In this document: positions 1-11,353 of the stretch, in pieces | How the letters are laid out: every line of letters starts with the position of its first letter | How positions within the stretch are numbered: the first letter of the stretch is position 1 | Assembly (NCBI GenBank): GCA_045863335.1 | Contig: BTVY01000076.1 | Coordinates: 1-20,459, forward strand | From: Candidatus Hydrogenedentota bacterium | GTDB lineage: Bacteria; Hydrogenedentota; Hydrogenedentia; Hydrogenedentales; SLHB01 | Reading direction: 5' to 3' | DNA length: 20,459 nucleotides | Program-made: the position numbers and the translations under genes | The notes under the pieces: generated by a model | What the model was told of the DNA's origin: nothing | The model's input: the letters and a program-made list of their open reading frames with translations, nothing else | Databases searched by the model: none

Positions 1-57
1 CACGATCATCAACTCGATCAGCGTGAAACCGGATTTCTTCGATGCTTTCATTCTCAT
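1..57 (-). CDS. Type IV prepilin-like protein, 5' fragment (runs off the left edge of the window)
   Basis: Reverse complement of 57..1 reads MRMKASKKSGFTLIELMIV: basic leader, G|F cleavage site and Glu at +5 (class III signal). GGAGG RBS lies just upstream (60-64). Not in the ORF track because it is truncated. Confidence 0.88.
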   Translation of the reverse strand, partial: MRMKASKKSGFTLIELMIV

Positions 58-148
58 ACCCTCCAACGAACCAACTCGATTTGCGTTACTGTTTCCACCA
101 TCGGCTCCGTGCGTAGTGCCGATTCCGATTCACTACGCGGAGAGAAAG

Positions 149-163
149 GCAACTGCTGTGCCA
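149..163 (-). promoter_or_regulatory. sigma54 (RpoN) -24/-12 promoter for the prepilin gene
   Basis: Minus strand reads TGGCAC-AGCAG-TTGC, an exact match to TGGCAC-N5-TTGC, about 90 nt upstream of the pilin ATG and in the right orientation. Confidence 0.8.
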
Positions 164-343
164 AAGGTGCATCGAGAGAAATAACTCGTGCAATGAAGGG
201 TAGTTGAGGTGGATTATGAAGTTGAACGCGTGCCGAACTCGGGAAGATATCGCGCCTCAGTTCGGTATCGCGCGACGTTTTTTGTCACCACCCTCGGGCT
301 TTTCGGCGATCTTGCGGGCCTGCGGTCGCAGGTTACCGGCCCG

Positions 344-2941
344 TCAGGATTTCGGCAGCCCACGATAGCACACGGCCCTCTGGCGGAGGGTGTCAGCGAA
401 AATCTGTACGTTCTCGCTGTCGTAGACATGGACCACCCCATCCAGCGCCGCATCTGGAGTCTCGAATGCCAGGGGTGTCAGCTCACGATGAACAAAGGAT
501 TCGAAGTCGAGACGGTTGTCGGCATGTGACGGAAATACGGCGAGATAAAGGATGTCGGTCTCCACGAGATCGCTGAGAAAATGCGTTCCCATGGATACGT
601 CCGGCGTCAAATCCTGCCGCATGGCGACGATCTCGCACAGGATGCCGACGGTGCTGATCTCCGCAAACGACACGGGGACCCCGAGTTCCGGCGAACGCGT
701 TCCCCAACGTCCGGGCCCCGCCAGCAGCAGGCTCCCACTGCCCGCTTTGAGAGGCAGATGCGTGAGTTGGCCCACAAGCCGTGCCACAGCATAGCGGTCT
801 TGAATCCGAAGGGTCGAGTACCGATCCGGCACTACGTAGATGATCCGTCCTACGGGCTCGACCCGGTTTCGGCCGATCAGCGGCCCGCGATTCTCGAGCA
901 GGATATCTTCCGGCGCAAGAGACTCTGGAAGCTCCTTCGCGACCGTGCTCGGCGCCACCTGAAGGGGGCGGCACTGCAACAGGTTCAACCGGTACGAGTC
1001 ATCCGGCAGCAGGTGGACAGAGAATTCGATGTCGATCGGATACTGGTAGGCGGCTTCCAGGGTGGAAAGGATATGCCGCAGGTCGTGGATCAGAACGGTG
1101 TCCGTGACGACCCCGTCGAACGTAAGAAACCGCGGAGCCGAACGCAGATCGCCCCCTTCGCGCCGGCGCCGTGCAACCGCGGCATTGACCGGGGCGAGCC
1201 GGTCGAGGGGGAGATTGACGCTCTGGGAGATAGCTTCCTCGAAATCGATGGTCCGGAGCGTGTTCTCCCGAAGATCGATGACGTCCACCTTGTGTTGTGC
1301 GTACGGCACGTCGCTTGCCGTTTGCCCCTCCGGCCGTAGATCGGGGGCGTTCAGCGCCATGATCCGCGTGTAGTCGTCATCGCTTCGGTCGACGGCCCGC
1401 GTTCCCAGGCCAAATACCAATCGGACAATTCCCGCTTGGGGATCGATATCCGGCGACCATGCGTACGGGTTGAAGGAGTAGCCGACGCCCGCCAGATGAG
1501 GGTAGAAATACCGGCCGTGCTGGGAACCGGACACGCGTTGTACCAACAGGGCCATTTGCTCGTCGTGCTGCAGAAGGTTGTGACGCGCCCGGTACGCCAG
1601 GGCTTCCTCGCTCATGCTCGATGCGTAGACGGTCTTGACCGCGTTCAGGAATTCTTCGAGCCGCTGATCCGGCGATCCCTGGTTGGCGCAGAATACGCTC
1701 TCATACTTCCCGGCGAATGCGTTGCCAAAGTTGTCTTCCAGGAGGCTGCTGGACCGCACGATAATGGGCGAACGTCCGAAATACTCCAACATGTCGCGGA
1801 ACCGTTCGACCATGTGCGGCGAGAATGTTCCTGTCAGGATGCGTCTTCGGGCTTCGCTTGCGCTCTCCTGGATCGATTCGAGATTCCGCTGCTTCTTGCG
1901 TATCCACCAACAGCCGTTCTCCACCAGAAACGTGTAGAACGAATCTGACGCGATGTAAAAGGAATCATGGGTTTCGAGGCGGTCGGTCCAGGTGCCCGTC
2001 GATCGGCGCATTATCGCCTGCGCGAGCAACATACCAACGGCCTTGCCTCCGATCAGGCCGGTCCCCACGATGCGTTGTCCGATGGCGGCCACGTCGTCCA
2101 GCCGAAAGTACTGTTCCGCAAGCGCCAACACGCGGGCGTCTCTCGACACCGCCATCCGCAATAGCCGCCTCAGCAGATGCTCCCGATCGCCGTTGTCCGT
2201 TGCAGGCGTCCCGGTTTGGGCGCACCGCTGGGCTTCCAGGAATGCCTGTTCCCACAGGTCAAGCCGGTACGGTTTATCCGTTGCCACTTGCGCGCTGCGG
2301 CCAAGCACCTCCGACAGCACGTGACTTTCCGTGACCGCTTCGCAGCGGTCGCCCTCCAGCATGTGAAGGTGGTGCATGGTCGGAATTGCCCGCTGCCGGA
2401 CTTTGATGGGGCGCAGGTACGTTGCGCCCGCGTGGCGGTATACGTCGACAAACAACTGCGTCGTATTGCGTATCGGAACCGATGCGGCGTCACCGTGGTG
2501 ATGGCGCAACAATGCGAAGTACGCGACCGTTTCCATGTCGAATAAATAGGGACAGGTCAGCATGAAGAAATTGCCGAGCATCTGGTCGCTGTACCAGTCG
2601 GCAACCAGGTCGGAAAGGCAGTCGAAGACATAAAACGCGCCGCGGCCTGCCTCTGAAATCTTGGCATGAATCGCATCGATAAAGGATTCAAACCCGGACT
2701 GGGGATCGACCTCGAGGACCGTCAGCCGTTCATCCGCGGCGCAGATGGGCTCATGACGCCCAAAGCGCACGTACACGGTACGCCGTCCGCTGGCCATGGA
2801 ATGTTCCGCGAAGGCACGCGCGAAAGGCAGGTAGTCCTCGGCCCGGCCTACCTGCCAGACGACGTTATCGCCGGACTCGATGCCGCGGAGTAGTCCGTCC
2901 AGAGCCGGAATGCCGGTAGTCACGTCTCGGAGCTTTTCCAT
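344..2941 (-). CDS. PEP synthase/PPDK-type ATP-grasp domain protein with degenerate KaiC/RecA-like N-terminal domain (865 aa), function unknown
   Basis: PPDK_N motifs: IGGKAVG, IIVRSSSLLEDNFGNAFAGKYES, MALLVQR, FGLGTRAV, PIDIEFS, LLQCRP. N-terminus TTGIPALDGLLRGIESGDNV is KaiC-like but has no Walker A. C-terminus has GPGRWGT and SMGTHF. GGGAG RBS upstream. Confidence 0.85.
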   Translation of the reverse strand: MEKLRDVTTGIPALDGLLRGIESGDNVVWQVGRAEDYLPFARAFAEHSMASGRRTVYVRFGRHEPICAADERLTVLEVDPQSGFESFIDAIHAKISEAGRGAFYVFDCLSDLVADWYSDQMLGNFFMLTCPYLFDMETVAYFALLRHHHGDAASVPIRNTTQLFVDVYRHAGATYLRPIKVRQRAIPTMHHLHMLEGDRCEAVTESHVLSEVLGRSAQVATDKPYRLDLWEQAFLEAQRCAQTGTPATDNGDREHLLRRLLRMAVSRDARVLALAEQYFRLDDVAAIGQRIVGTGLIGGKAVGMLLAQAIMRRSTGTWTDRLETHDSFYIASDSFYTFLVENGCWWIRKKQRNLESIQESASEARRRILTGTFSPHMVERFRDMLEYFGRSPIIVRSSSLLEDNFGNAFAGKYESVFCANQGSPDQRLEEFLNAVKTVYASSMSEEALAYRARHNLLQHDEQMALLVQRVSGSQHGRYFYPHLAGVGYSFNPYAWSPDIDPQAGIVRLVFGLGTRAVDRSDDDYTRIMALNAPDLRPEGQTASDVPYAQHKVDVIDLRENTLRTIDFEEAISQSVNLPLDRLAPVNAAVARRRREGGDLRSAPRFLTFDGVVTDTVLIHDLRHILSTLEAAYQYPIDIEFSVHLLPDDSYRLNLLQCRPLQVAPSTVAKELPESLAPEDILLENRGPLIGRNRVEPVGRIIYVVPDRYSTLRIQDRYAVARLVGQLTHLPLKAGSGSLLLAGPGRWGTRSPELGVPVSFAEISTVGILCEIVAMRQDLTPDVSMGTHFLSDLVETDILYLAVFPSHADNRLDFESFVHRELTPLAFETPDAALDGVVHVYDSENVQIFADTLRQRAVCYRGLPKS

Positions 2942-3000
2942 TCCTCGAACTCCCGGAGCTGGGTACGGCTGCGACTCGGGTTGCGCGCGGCGAATCGGAA

Positions 3001-5200
<2,200 letters not shown>

Positions 5201-5454
5201 ACATGGTCTCCTTGCGACTAGCATAGCCCTGTGGCACGCACCCGTCAACACATGCCGATCCGCATTCCGGTCCCGGCCCCGGCGTGTACAAAATGGCGGA
5301 TTGATACCGAAACGATCACGTATTGCCAATCGCGGGTTGGAAGTGTCTCGCTGGTTTTCGGTATTCTTCCCCGGAATCCCCGCGTTGTGGCCCGCCGGTC
5401 GCTCTTTTCGCCTGAGGATGCGCGCCGGAGGTTTGTGTAACAAGAAGGTATGAC

Positions 5455-6516
5455 ATGACTTCGAAACAGGAAGTGATCCTTTCCGGCATTCGCCCGACGG
5501 GGCGTCTGCATTACGGCAACTACTTCGGCGCAATGAAGAGCTTCATCGATCTTCAGGAGCGGGGGCATCAGTGCTTCTACTTCATCGCCGATTATCACGC
5601 GCTGACCACGGTTTCCGAGCGCGTCGACATCTTTCAACAGACCATTGATATGCTGCGCACGTATGTGGCCTGCGGTCTGGACCCCGTGCGGTCCGTGATT
5701 TACCGCCAAAGCGACCTGCCCTGTACGGCGGAGCTTGCTCTCCTCCTGGGCATGATCACCAATATCGGCCATTTGGAACGCGGCACGACGTACAAGGACA
5801 AGATGAGCAAACTGGCCGAATCGAGCCAGGGGGGAGAGGGGAATCCGCTCTCCTACGGGTTGCTCGGGTATCCGGTGCTCATGGCGGCGGACATCCTGAT
5901 CGTGCGCGCCAACCAGGTGCCTGTCGGCGACGACCAGCGGCAGCACGTCGAAATGGCCATCGACATCGCTCAGAAGTTCAACCATCGTTTCGGCGAAACC
6001 TTGGCAATCCCTCGCGCGGTGGAACGCAACGCCCTGCGCCTGCCGGGCCTGGACGGCGCCGCCAAGATGGGCAAGAGCGACAACAACACGCTGGACTTGC
6101 TGGACGATCCCAAGACGGTGTTGAAAAAGATCAAAGGCGTCCAAACCACGACGGACCCGGAACCGCTGGACACGGAGAGCAACGATCCGGACATGGTCAT
6201 TCCGAAGATGCCGAACAGCGTCGGCGCGTTGTATCGTCTGTTGGCATTGCTCGCGCCCGAGGATGTGTATCTGGATTTCGTGGGCAAGTACCGGCGCGGC
6301 GAGAAGTTCTACGGCACGCTCAAAACGACCTTGGCCGAGTACGTGTCCAAATTCAACGAGCCAATCATCGAAGGGTTCAACGCGCCCGACAACACGCCCG
6401 ACTCCATTAAGGATTTTCTGCACGAGAACGCCAAGAAGGTGACGCCCGTCGGCCTCGAAACCGTCGAATCCTGCCGCGAAGCAATGGGGATCGGGCGCAG
6501 CCTCTTCCGCGCGTAG
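5455..6516 (+). CDS. trpS: Tryptophan--tRNA ligase
   Basis: SGIRPTGRLHYGNY (HIGH region), ADYHALT, YPVLMAADIL, VPVGDDQRQHVE, and the KMSKS variant KMGKS. Confidence 0.95.
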   Translation: MTSKQEVILSGIRPTGRLHYGNYFGAMKSFIDLQERGHQCFYFIADYHALTTVSERVDIFQQTIDMLRTYVACGLDPVRSVIYRQSDLPCTAELALLLGMITNIGHLERGTTYKDKMSKLAESSQGGEGNPLSYGLLGYPVLMAADILIVRANQVPVGDDQRQHVEMAIDIAQKFNHRFGETLAIPRAVERNALRLPGLDGAAKMGKSDNNTLDLLDDPKTVLKKIKGVQTTTDPEPLDTESNDPDMVIPKMPNSVGALYRLLALLAPEDVYLDFVGKYRRGEKFYGTLKTTLAEYVSKFNEPIIEGFNAPDNTPDSIKDFLHENAKKVTPVGLETVESCREAMGIGRSLFRA

Positions 6517-6667
6517 ATGAGTGAGGAGTCTCTGCGCGCCAGAGAAATCGAACGAGTGGGATGCTCGTGTGTGGAATAAGTCGACTTGCGTCTGGCTACC
6601 GAGCATCTGGCTTCGAGTGTCCTGAACCCTAAGCTCCTTCTCAAAGATCTTGTGTGACGTGTCGCTA

Positions 6668-6709
6668 AAAGTCCCCCTTCGAAGGGGGATTTAGGGGGAT
6701 GTTCCCTCA
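6668..6709. repeat. 42-bp REP-like double-hairpin repeat, copy 1
   Basis: AAAGTCCCCCTTCGAAGGGGGATTTAGGGGGATGTTCCCTCA; differs from the copies at 13350 and 19771 only at one loop base (C/T). Lies between convergent trpS and the YdcF gene. Confidence 0.92.
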
Positions 6710-6750
6710 GATACCGGTACAAAAAGGAAACGAATTTCAAATTCGTCACA

Positions 6751-7347
6751 CTAGCGAAAGGGCCGCTGCAACAGGTAGAGCGCGTAGTAATACGTTTCGC
6801 GAATCAGGAAACGGAGCTGGCTCGCGGCACCCGTGTAGCGCGTCGTGGGCGTGGGGGAGGGGGACGCGTTGCCCATCCCCACATCGTGCGCCATCAACAT
6901 GGCGCGTCGCATGTGCAGCGGATCGCTCACGATCACGACTAGGCCGGCGTCTCGTTGCTGCAAGAGCTTCTTCGCTTCCACAAGGTTCTCCCACGTAATG
7001 GTGGATGCGGTGTCGCAAGAAATGCTCTTCTCGGGCACGCCCCGGGCGACTGCGTAGTCCCGCGCCACGACAGACTCGGCGGCTTCCCCCGGCTGGCCGA
7101 CGCCCCCCGTGAAGATGATGTGCCGAATCTTGGCTTCGTTATAGAGTTGGATGGCGTGATTGATGCGTTCGGCGAATACCGGCGAAGGCCGGTCCGTCCA
7201 GACCGCGGCGCCCAACACCACGGCCACGTCGGCCTGGGCAGGGCCTTTGTTGCCGCCGTAGGTCCAGACATCCATCGCAAGTCCGGCAAACGCCGCGACG
7301 GGAATCGCCAATGCGAAAGCGGCAAATTTGAGTAGCGGAACACTCAT
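6751..7347 (-). CDS. YdcF/DUF218 (ElyC/SanA-like) family protein with an N-terminal membrane anchor
   Basis: ADVAVVLGA, ERINHAIQLY, IIFTGG, AESVVARDY, STITWENL, IVSDPLHMRRA, RE motif. Start uncertain (ATG 7347 or 7362). Confidence 0.85.
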   Translation of the reverse strand: MSVPLLKFAAFALAIPVAAFAGLAMDVWTYGGNKGPAQADVAVVLGAAVWTDRPSPVFAERINHAIQLYNEAKIRHIIFTGGVGQPGEAAESVVARDYAVARGVPEKSISCDTASTITWENLVEAKKLLQQRDAGLVVIVSDPLHMRRAMLMAHDVGMGNASPSPTPTTRYTGAASQLRFLIRETYYYALYLLQRPFR

Positions 7348-7453
7348 ATGCACACGTCCCATGAGGGAAAAGCTCCGGCCTGACGCAGCGACATCTCTTC
7401 TGCTAGATCCCGCCCCCCACGCCAAAGTTTCGCAGAACCCGTCTTCTGGCGGG

Positions 7454-8983
7454 CTACTCAGGAAGGCGCCCGTAGATCTCGGTCAGGTCGCGCAGTCGAT
7501 CCGCCATGTCGCCGGTCAGCATGTCTTCCGTATAGCGCCAGCACCAGTTCTTGCCGCCCGAACTGCCCGGCTGGTTCATGCGGGCTTCCGTCCCCAAACC
7601 CAGGATGTCCTGCAAGGGGAAGATGACCGTGTCTGCCACGGACGCCATCAGCGCGCGAATACACGTCCAGTGGATGTCTTTGCCCGTCGCGTTGAGATAG
7701 CGCTTCGCATAGTCGCGCGAGGCCTTGATGTCGGCTTTGCTCTCCGTGCTCGCGCCCGTCGCTTTCCACCAGCCCACGGTCGTGTCGTTGTCCGCCGTGC
7801 CGGTATAGGCAACGGTATTGTGTTCCCACTTGTGCGGGAGCAATCCGCTATTGGCCGCGTCCTTCCCGAACGCGAAATGCAACACGGCCATTCCGGGGAA
7901 GTCGTGCCGGTGCCGCAGATTCTCGACTTCGTCGGTGATCAGTCCCAGGTTCTCGGCAACGATGGGGAGTTCGCCCAAGGCGTTCGCGAGCGCGTGAAAC
8001 AGATTGTCGCCCGGGCCAGGCACCCAATGCCCATTCTCCGCGGTCTTCTCTCCCGCGGGTACGCGCCAGAAAGCCTCGAATCCGCGGAAGTGGTCGATGC
8101 GGACGAGGTCCACGAGGCGCAGCGTCGCACGCATGCGCTCGGCCCACCAGTGGTAGCCGCGCTGCTCCATCACGTCCCACCGGTAAATGGGGTTTCCCCA
8201 CAGCTGTCCAGTTGAACTGAAGTAATCCGGCGGGACTCCCGCGACGGCCGTAGGATTGCCCTCGTCGTCAAGGTAATACAGATCGGGGTGCGACCACACG
8301 TCGGCGCTGTCGTGGGCCACGTAGATCGGGATGTCTCCCATGATCCGGATGCCGCGCTCGTTCGCATAGGCCTTGAGTTCGCGCCATTGCTTGAAGAACT
8401 GGAACTGCGTGAACTTCAGCGTGAAGATAGGGTCCGCCAGCGTCTCGCCCCACTGGCGCAGCGCATCGTCGTAACGGGATGCAATGTCCTTGTTCCACTG
8501 GTTCCAGGGCTTCCAGTCTTCATGTTGCTTCATTGCCATGAACAGCGTGTAATCGCTGAGCCAGTGGTTCTCTTGTTTGCAGAACGCCTCGAACGCCGGC
8601 CGATCAGGATGATTCGCGTCCTCGCGGAATCGATTGCCGGCGGTTTCAAGTACGCTCCGCTTGAATTGAATGACCGCGCCAAAATCCACCCGGTCTTTCG
8701 GGAACTTCTCCGAACCGGACACGTCTTCTTCGGACAGCAAGCCGTCCTGCACAAGCCGGTCCGGGCTCACCAACAGGGAATTTCCGGCGAAAGCCGAGAA
8801 ACATTGGTACGGGGAGTCGCCGTATCCGGTTGGACCCAGCGGAAGCACTTGCCAGACGCGTTGGCCGGTCCGTTCCAGGAAATCGACAAACCGGTACGCG
8901 TCTTGGCCCAGGTCGCCAATGCCGAAACGGCTGGGCAATGATGTTGGATGCAACAAGATGCCGCTGGAGCGTGGAAATCGCAC
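7454..8983 (-). CDS. malQ: 4-alpha-glucanotransferase (amylomaltase, GH77)
   Basis: RSSGILLHPTSLP, WQVLPLGP, SPYQCFSAFAGN, GDIPIYV, AGVPPDYFSSTGQLWGNP, RIDHFRGF, RMNQPG; GTG start. Confidence 0.95.
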   Translation of the reverse strand: MRFPRSSGILLHPTSLPSRFGIGDLGQDAYRFVDFLERTGQRVWQVLPLGPTGYGDSPYQCFSAFAGNSLLVSPDRLVQDGLLSEEDVSGSEKFPKDRVDFGAVIQFKRSVLETAGNRFREDANHPDRPAFEAFCKQENHWLSDYTLFMAMKQHEDWKPWNQWNKDIASRYDDALRQWGETLADPIFTLKFTQFQFFKQWRELKAYANERGIRIMGDIPIYVAHDSADVWSHPDLYYLDDEGNPTAVAGVPPDYFSSTGQLWGNPIYRWDVMEQRGYHWWAERMRATLRLVDLVRIDHFRGFEAFWRVPAGEKTAENGHWVPGPGDNLFHALANALGELPIVAENLGLITDEVENLRHRHDFPGMAVLHFAFGKDAANSGLLPHKWEHNTVAYTGTADNDTTVGWWKATGASTESKADIKASRDYAKRYLNATGKDIHWTCIRALMASVADTVIFPLQDILGLGTEARMNQPGSSGGKNWCWRYTEDMLTGDMADRLRDLTEIYGRLPE

Positions 8984-9065
8984 TGCATGATCCCCGTTGG
9001 TAGTGCTGCCGCGCGGTTGGATCGGAAATCGTCCTTCGCGGCGGGCATGCGGTTAAGGTTCGGTA

Positions 9066-9830
9066 CTACTCGGACAAGGGTTCCAACCGAAGATTCCGGT
9101 AGGCCACAGGCCCATGATCCCCCTGCAACATCAAAGGGCCCGCGGGCTGTTCGTCGTTGAACATGGCGGACCGGGTTGGACCGGATACCTTCTCATTCTC
9201 ATGGATAACAACGCCGTTATGCTCGACGCGCACAAACTCCGCATCAGCGGTCTTAACGCCGTTCTCGTCAAAGCGCGGCGCCCGGAACACGATGTCGAAG
9301 CTTTGCCACTCGCCAGGTTTTTTCGCGGCATTGACCCGTGGCGGCCGGCCTTCAAATCCCCGCGCATCGTCCTCGATGCCGGGCGCGTCGTTCCAACGCT
9401 GGTAAATGCCTCCGCAGTCGCTGTACGTGGGCGACTCGACCCCCCAACTGTCCAGAACCTGAATCTCGTAGCGTCCCTGCAAATACACGCCGGAATTCGA
9501 TCCCTTCGGGACCATGAACTCGATATGCAGATTGACGTCGCCATGTTCGAGCTTGCTCACGAGGTGATTCGTATGGCCCAAGTCGCCATTGAGCGCGGTG
9601 CCGCCTCCGGGCGACGAAGCAAGCCGCTTCTCGTCATCGGGGTCCACAAAGGTATCGCCCACAACCGTCCAATCGCCAAGCGGTTCGCGCCAGGTTTCGT
9701 CAAGCGTTTCGGCGTCGAACAGCGAAACGGGCTCCGTCAATTTCGGCGCCTGCGCATTCGCGCTTACGGACAGATAGCCGATTGCGGTCCCCAGCAACAA
9801 CCCGAATCCAGCTACGATGTGTTTCCGCAC
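9066..9830 (-). CDS. Secreted DUF1080 (3-keto-disaccharide hydrolase-like) protein
   Basis: Signal peptide ending ANA|Q; motifs LHIEF, SNSGVYLQGRYEIQVLDS, CGGIY, PGEWQSFDI, HNGVVIH, GPLMLQGDHGPVAYRNL. Confidence 0.85.
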   Translation of the reverse strand: MRKHIVAGFGLLLGTAIGYLSVSANAQAPKLTEPVSLFDAETLDETWREPLGDWTVVGDTFVDPDDEKRLASSPGGGTALNGDLGHTNHLVSKLEHGDVNLHIEFMVPKGSNSGVYLQGRYEIQVLDSWGVESPTYSDCGGIYQRWNDAPGIEDDARGFEGRPPRVNAAKKPGEWQSFDIVFRAPRFDENGVKTADAEFVRVEHNGVVIHENEKVSGPTRSAMFNDEQPAGPLMLQGDHGPVAYRNLRLEPLSE

Positions 9831-9943
9831 GATTCGTTCACCTTACTCAATCAATATCCGTCATTGGTTAGGGATGCAGCATCCCGCGTTCGCGATCATA
9901 CCTGTTGCGCTACCGGTTTGTATAGACGGTGAACCACGAGTCG

Positions 9944-10723
9944 TCAGCGCAGCAGGGACTGAACATGCTTCTCGATGTTCCGGAAGGCCGACCCGAAGCG
10001 CTTCGGGTCGCCCTTCGTGACCACGTAGTCGACTCGCACGGTCTTTCGGCGAGGACTTCGCCAGGATTCCGCATCGAAGGCGCCAATCAACTCCAGGCCG
10101 GCGCGGCGGACGGCGTCATCGATCTCGTCGAGTTCGTACACCCGTTCGTACAGGGTATAGCTCTCGCCGCTGTTCACCTGGATGCGTGTTTCCACGGTGC
10201 GCGTCGTCCGGTCGTAGTCGCACTTCCAACGCGTCGAAAACTTGCCGTTACGCTCGGTCCACTCCTGGTCTGCAAAATGATCCAGGACCATTCGTTCCGT
10301 CACAACGTCGAAGTAGAGCACGCCCTCTGGTCTCAGGCAGTCCGCCAGCGAGCGAATCCCCGCGGCGAGTTCGTCGTGAGACAGCAGAAAATTCACGCTG
10401 TCGAACAGGCAGGTCACGTAGTCGAAGGATCCCGCATAGGGGAGGGCGCGGAGATCGCCTACCGCGACCGGCCATTTGCCACTTGCGGGTTTTCCCGCCC
10501 TTACCATCGAAACGGACAAGTCCACCCCGCAGGTGTTCCATCCATCCCGGAGCAGTTTGTGAAGCAAGACACCGGTGCCGCAGGCTGCGTCCAAATGCCG
10601 GAATGGCCGCGGCAGGAGTCCGGTGATCGCGTCGGCGACCAGGTACCAGCGGTCGTAGTCCACGTGCCGCATGATGGGATCATAGAAGCGAGCAAGTTCC
10701 GCGAAGGAATCCGCGGTACTCAC
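9944..10723 (-). CDS. Class I SAM-dependent methyltransferase (YqeM-like)
   Basis: LARFYD, HLDAACGTG, GVDLSVSM, GDLR, TCLFDSVNFL, LRPEGVLYFD. GTG 10723 overlaps the yqeK stop (GTGA), consistent with translational coupling. Confidence 0.85.
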   Translation of the reverse strand: MSTADSFAELARFYDPIMRHVDYDRWYLVADAITGLLPRPFRHLDAACGTGVLLHKLLRDGWNTCGVDLSVSMVRAGKPASGKWPVAVGDLRALPYAGSFDYVTCLFDSVNFLLSHDELAAGIRSLADCLRPEGVLYFDVVTERMVLDHFADQEWTERNGKFSTRWKCDYDRTTRTVETRIQVNSGESYTLYERVYELDEIDDAVRRAGLELIGAFDAESWRSPRRKTVRVDYVVTKGDPKRFGSAFRNIEKHVQSLLR

Positions 10724-11340
10724 GACGGCACGCCCGCCAGCAGCCATTCGTGAAAGGCGCGGGTGCGCGGATCGACCGTCGCGCCTTTGTTCTCCACGAA
10801 GGTCAATTTCGCTTCCGCAGCGTAGACCAACGCGGCGTCGAACCCCTGCGCGTCATAGACCTCCCGCGCGGCCGCAGAGGCGGGATGGTTTCGGAGCGGC
10901 TCGGAGAAATCGGCCAGGAAAAGCGCGCGCCCGATCAACCCCAGTCCGGGACGCCCGGTAACGTGCCAGTAAATGGCCTCGAAGGCGTCGGCATCGTCCA
11001 AGGCCAGTTCGATCCGGCTCACTTCCGCCGCCACATGCCCATGCAGGAGGCTGGGGCGTTCCCGCTGCAGGTCCGTGACGGGAATCCCGTAGCGTTCCGC
11101 CTCCGCCAGCATGACATCATTCTTCAGGCCCTTGCAGGAATCGTGGAGCAGTCCGGCCGCAACGGCAGACGTTAAACTGAGTTCCAGATCCTGTGCGATG
11201 ACATAGAGGGTTTGCGTCACGGAGATGGTGTGCTGGTAGCGGCGCAGTCCCACGCGTTGCCGGGCGAATTCCGCGAACTCGAGCGCGCGGGGAACTCTCC
11301 GCCATTCGCCATTGAGCCGGGCTAAACGCGTATCAGCCAC
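10720..11340 (-). CDS. yqeK: HD-domain symmetrical Ap4A hydrolase
   Basis: RYQHTISV, AGLLHDSCK, LLHGHVAA, AIYWHVTG, LFLADFSEP; directly downstream of nadD, its usual position. Confidence 0.85.
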   Translation of the reverse strand: MADTRLARLNGEWRRVPRALEFAEFARQRVGLRRYQHTISVTQTLYVIAQDLELSLTSAVAAGLLHDSCKGLKNDVMLAEAERYGIPVTDLQRERPSLLHGHVAAEVSRIELALDDADAFEAIYWHVTGRPGLGLIGRALFLADFSEPLRNHPASAAAREVYDAQGFDAALVYAAEAKLTFVENKGATVDPRTRAFHEWLLAGVPS

Positions 11341-11353
11341 AAGAACGCTCTCC

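Noticed and set aside
344-2941. Calling this gene ppsA/ppdK or kaiC
   Set aside because: No PEP-binding barrel and no Walker A motif are visible, so either symbol would overstate function.
5201-5454. T-box or Trp attenuator upstream of trpS
   Set aside because: No T-box consensus, terminator/U-tract or Trp-rich leader peptide is visible.
6517-6579. 20-codon ORF MSEESLRAREIERVGCSCVE immediately after trpS
   Set aside because: Too short to support, with no recognisable motif; may be chance.
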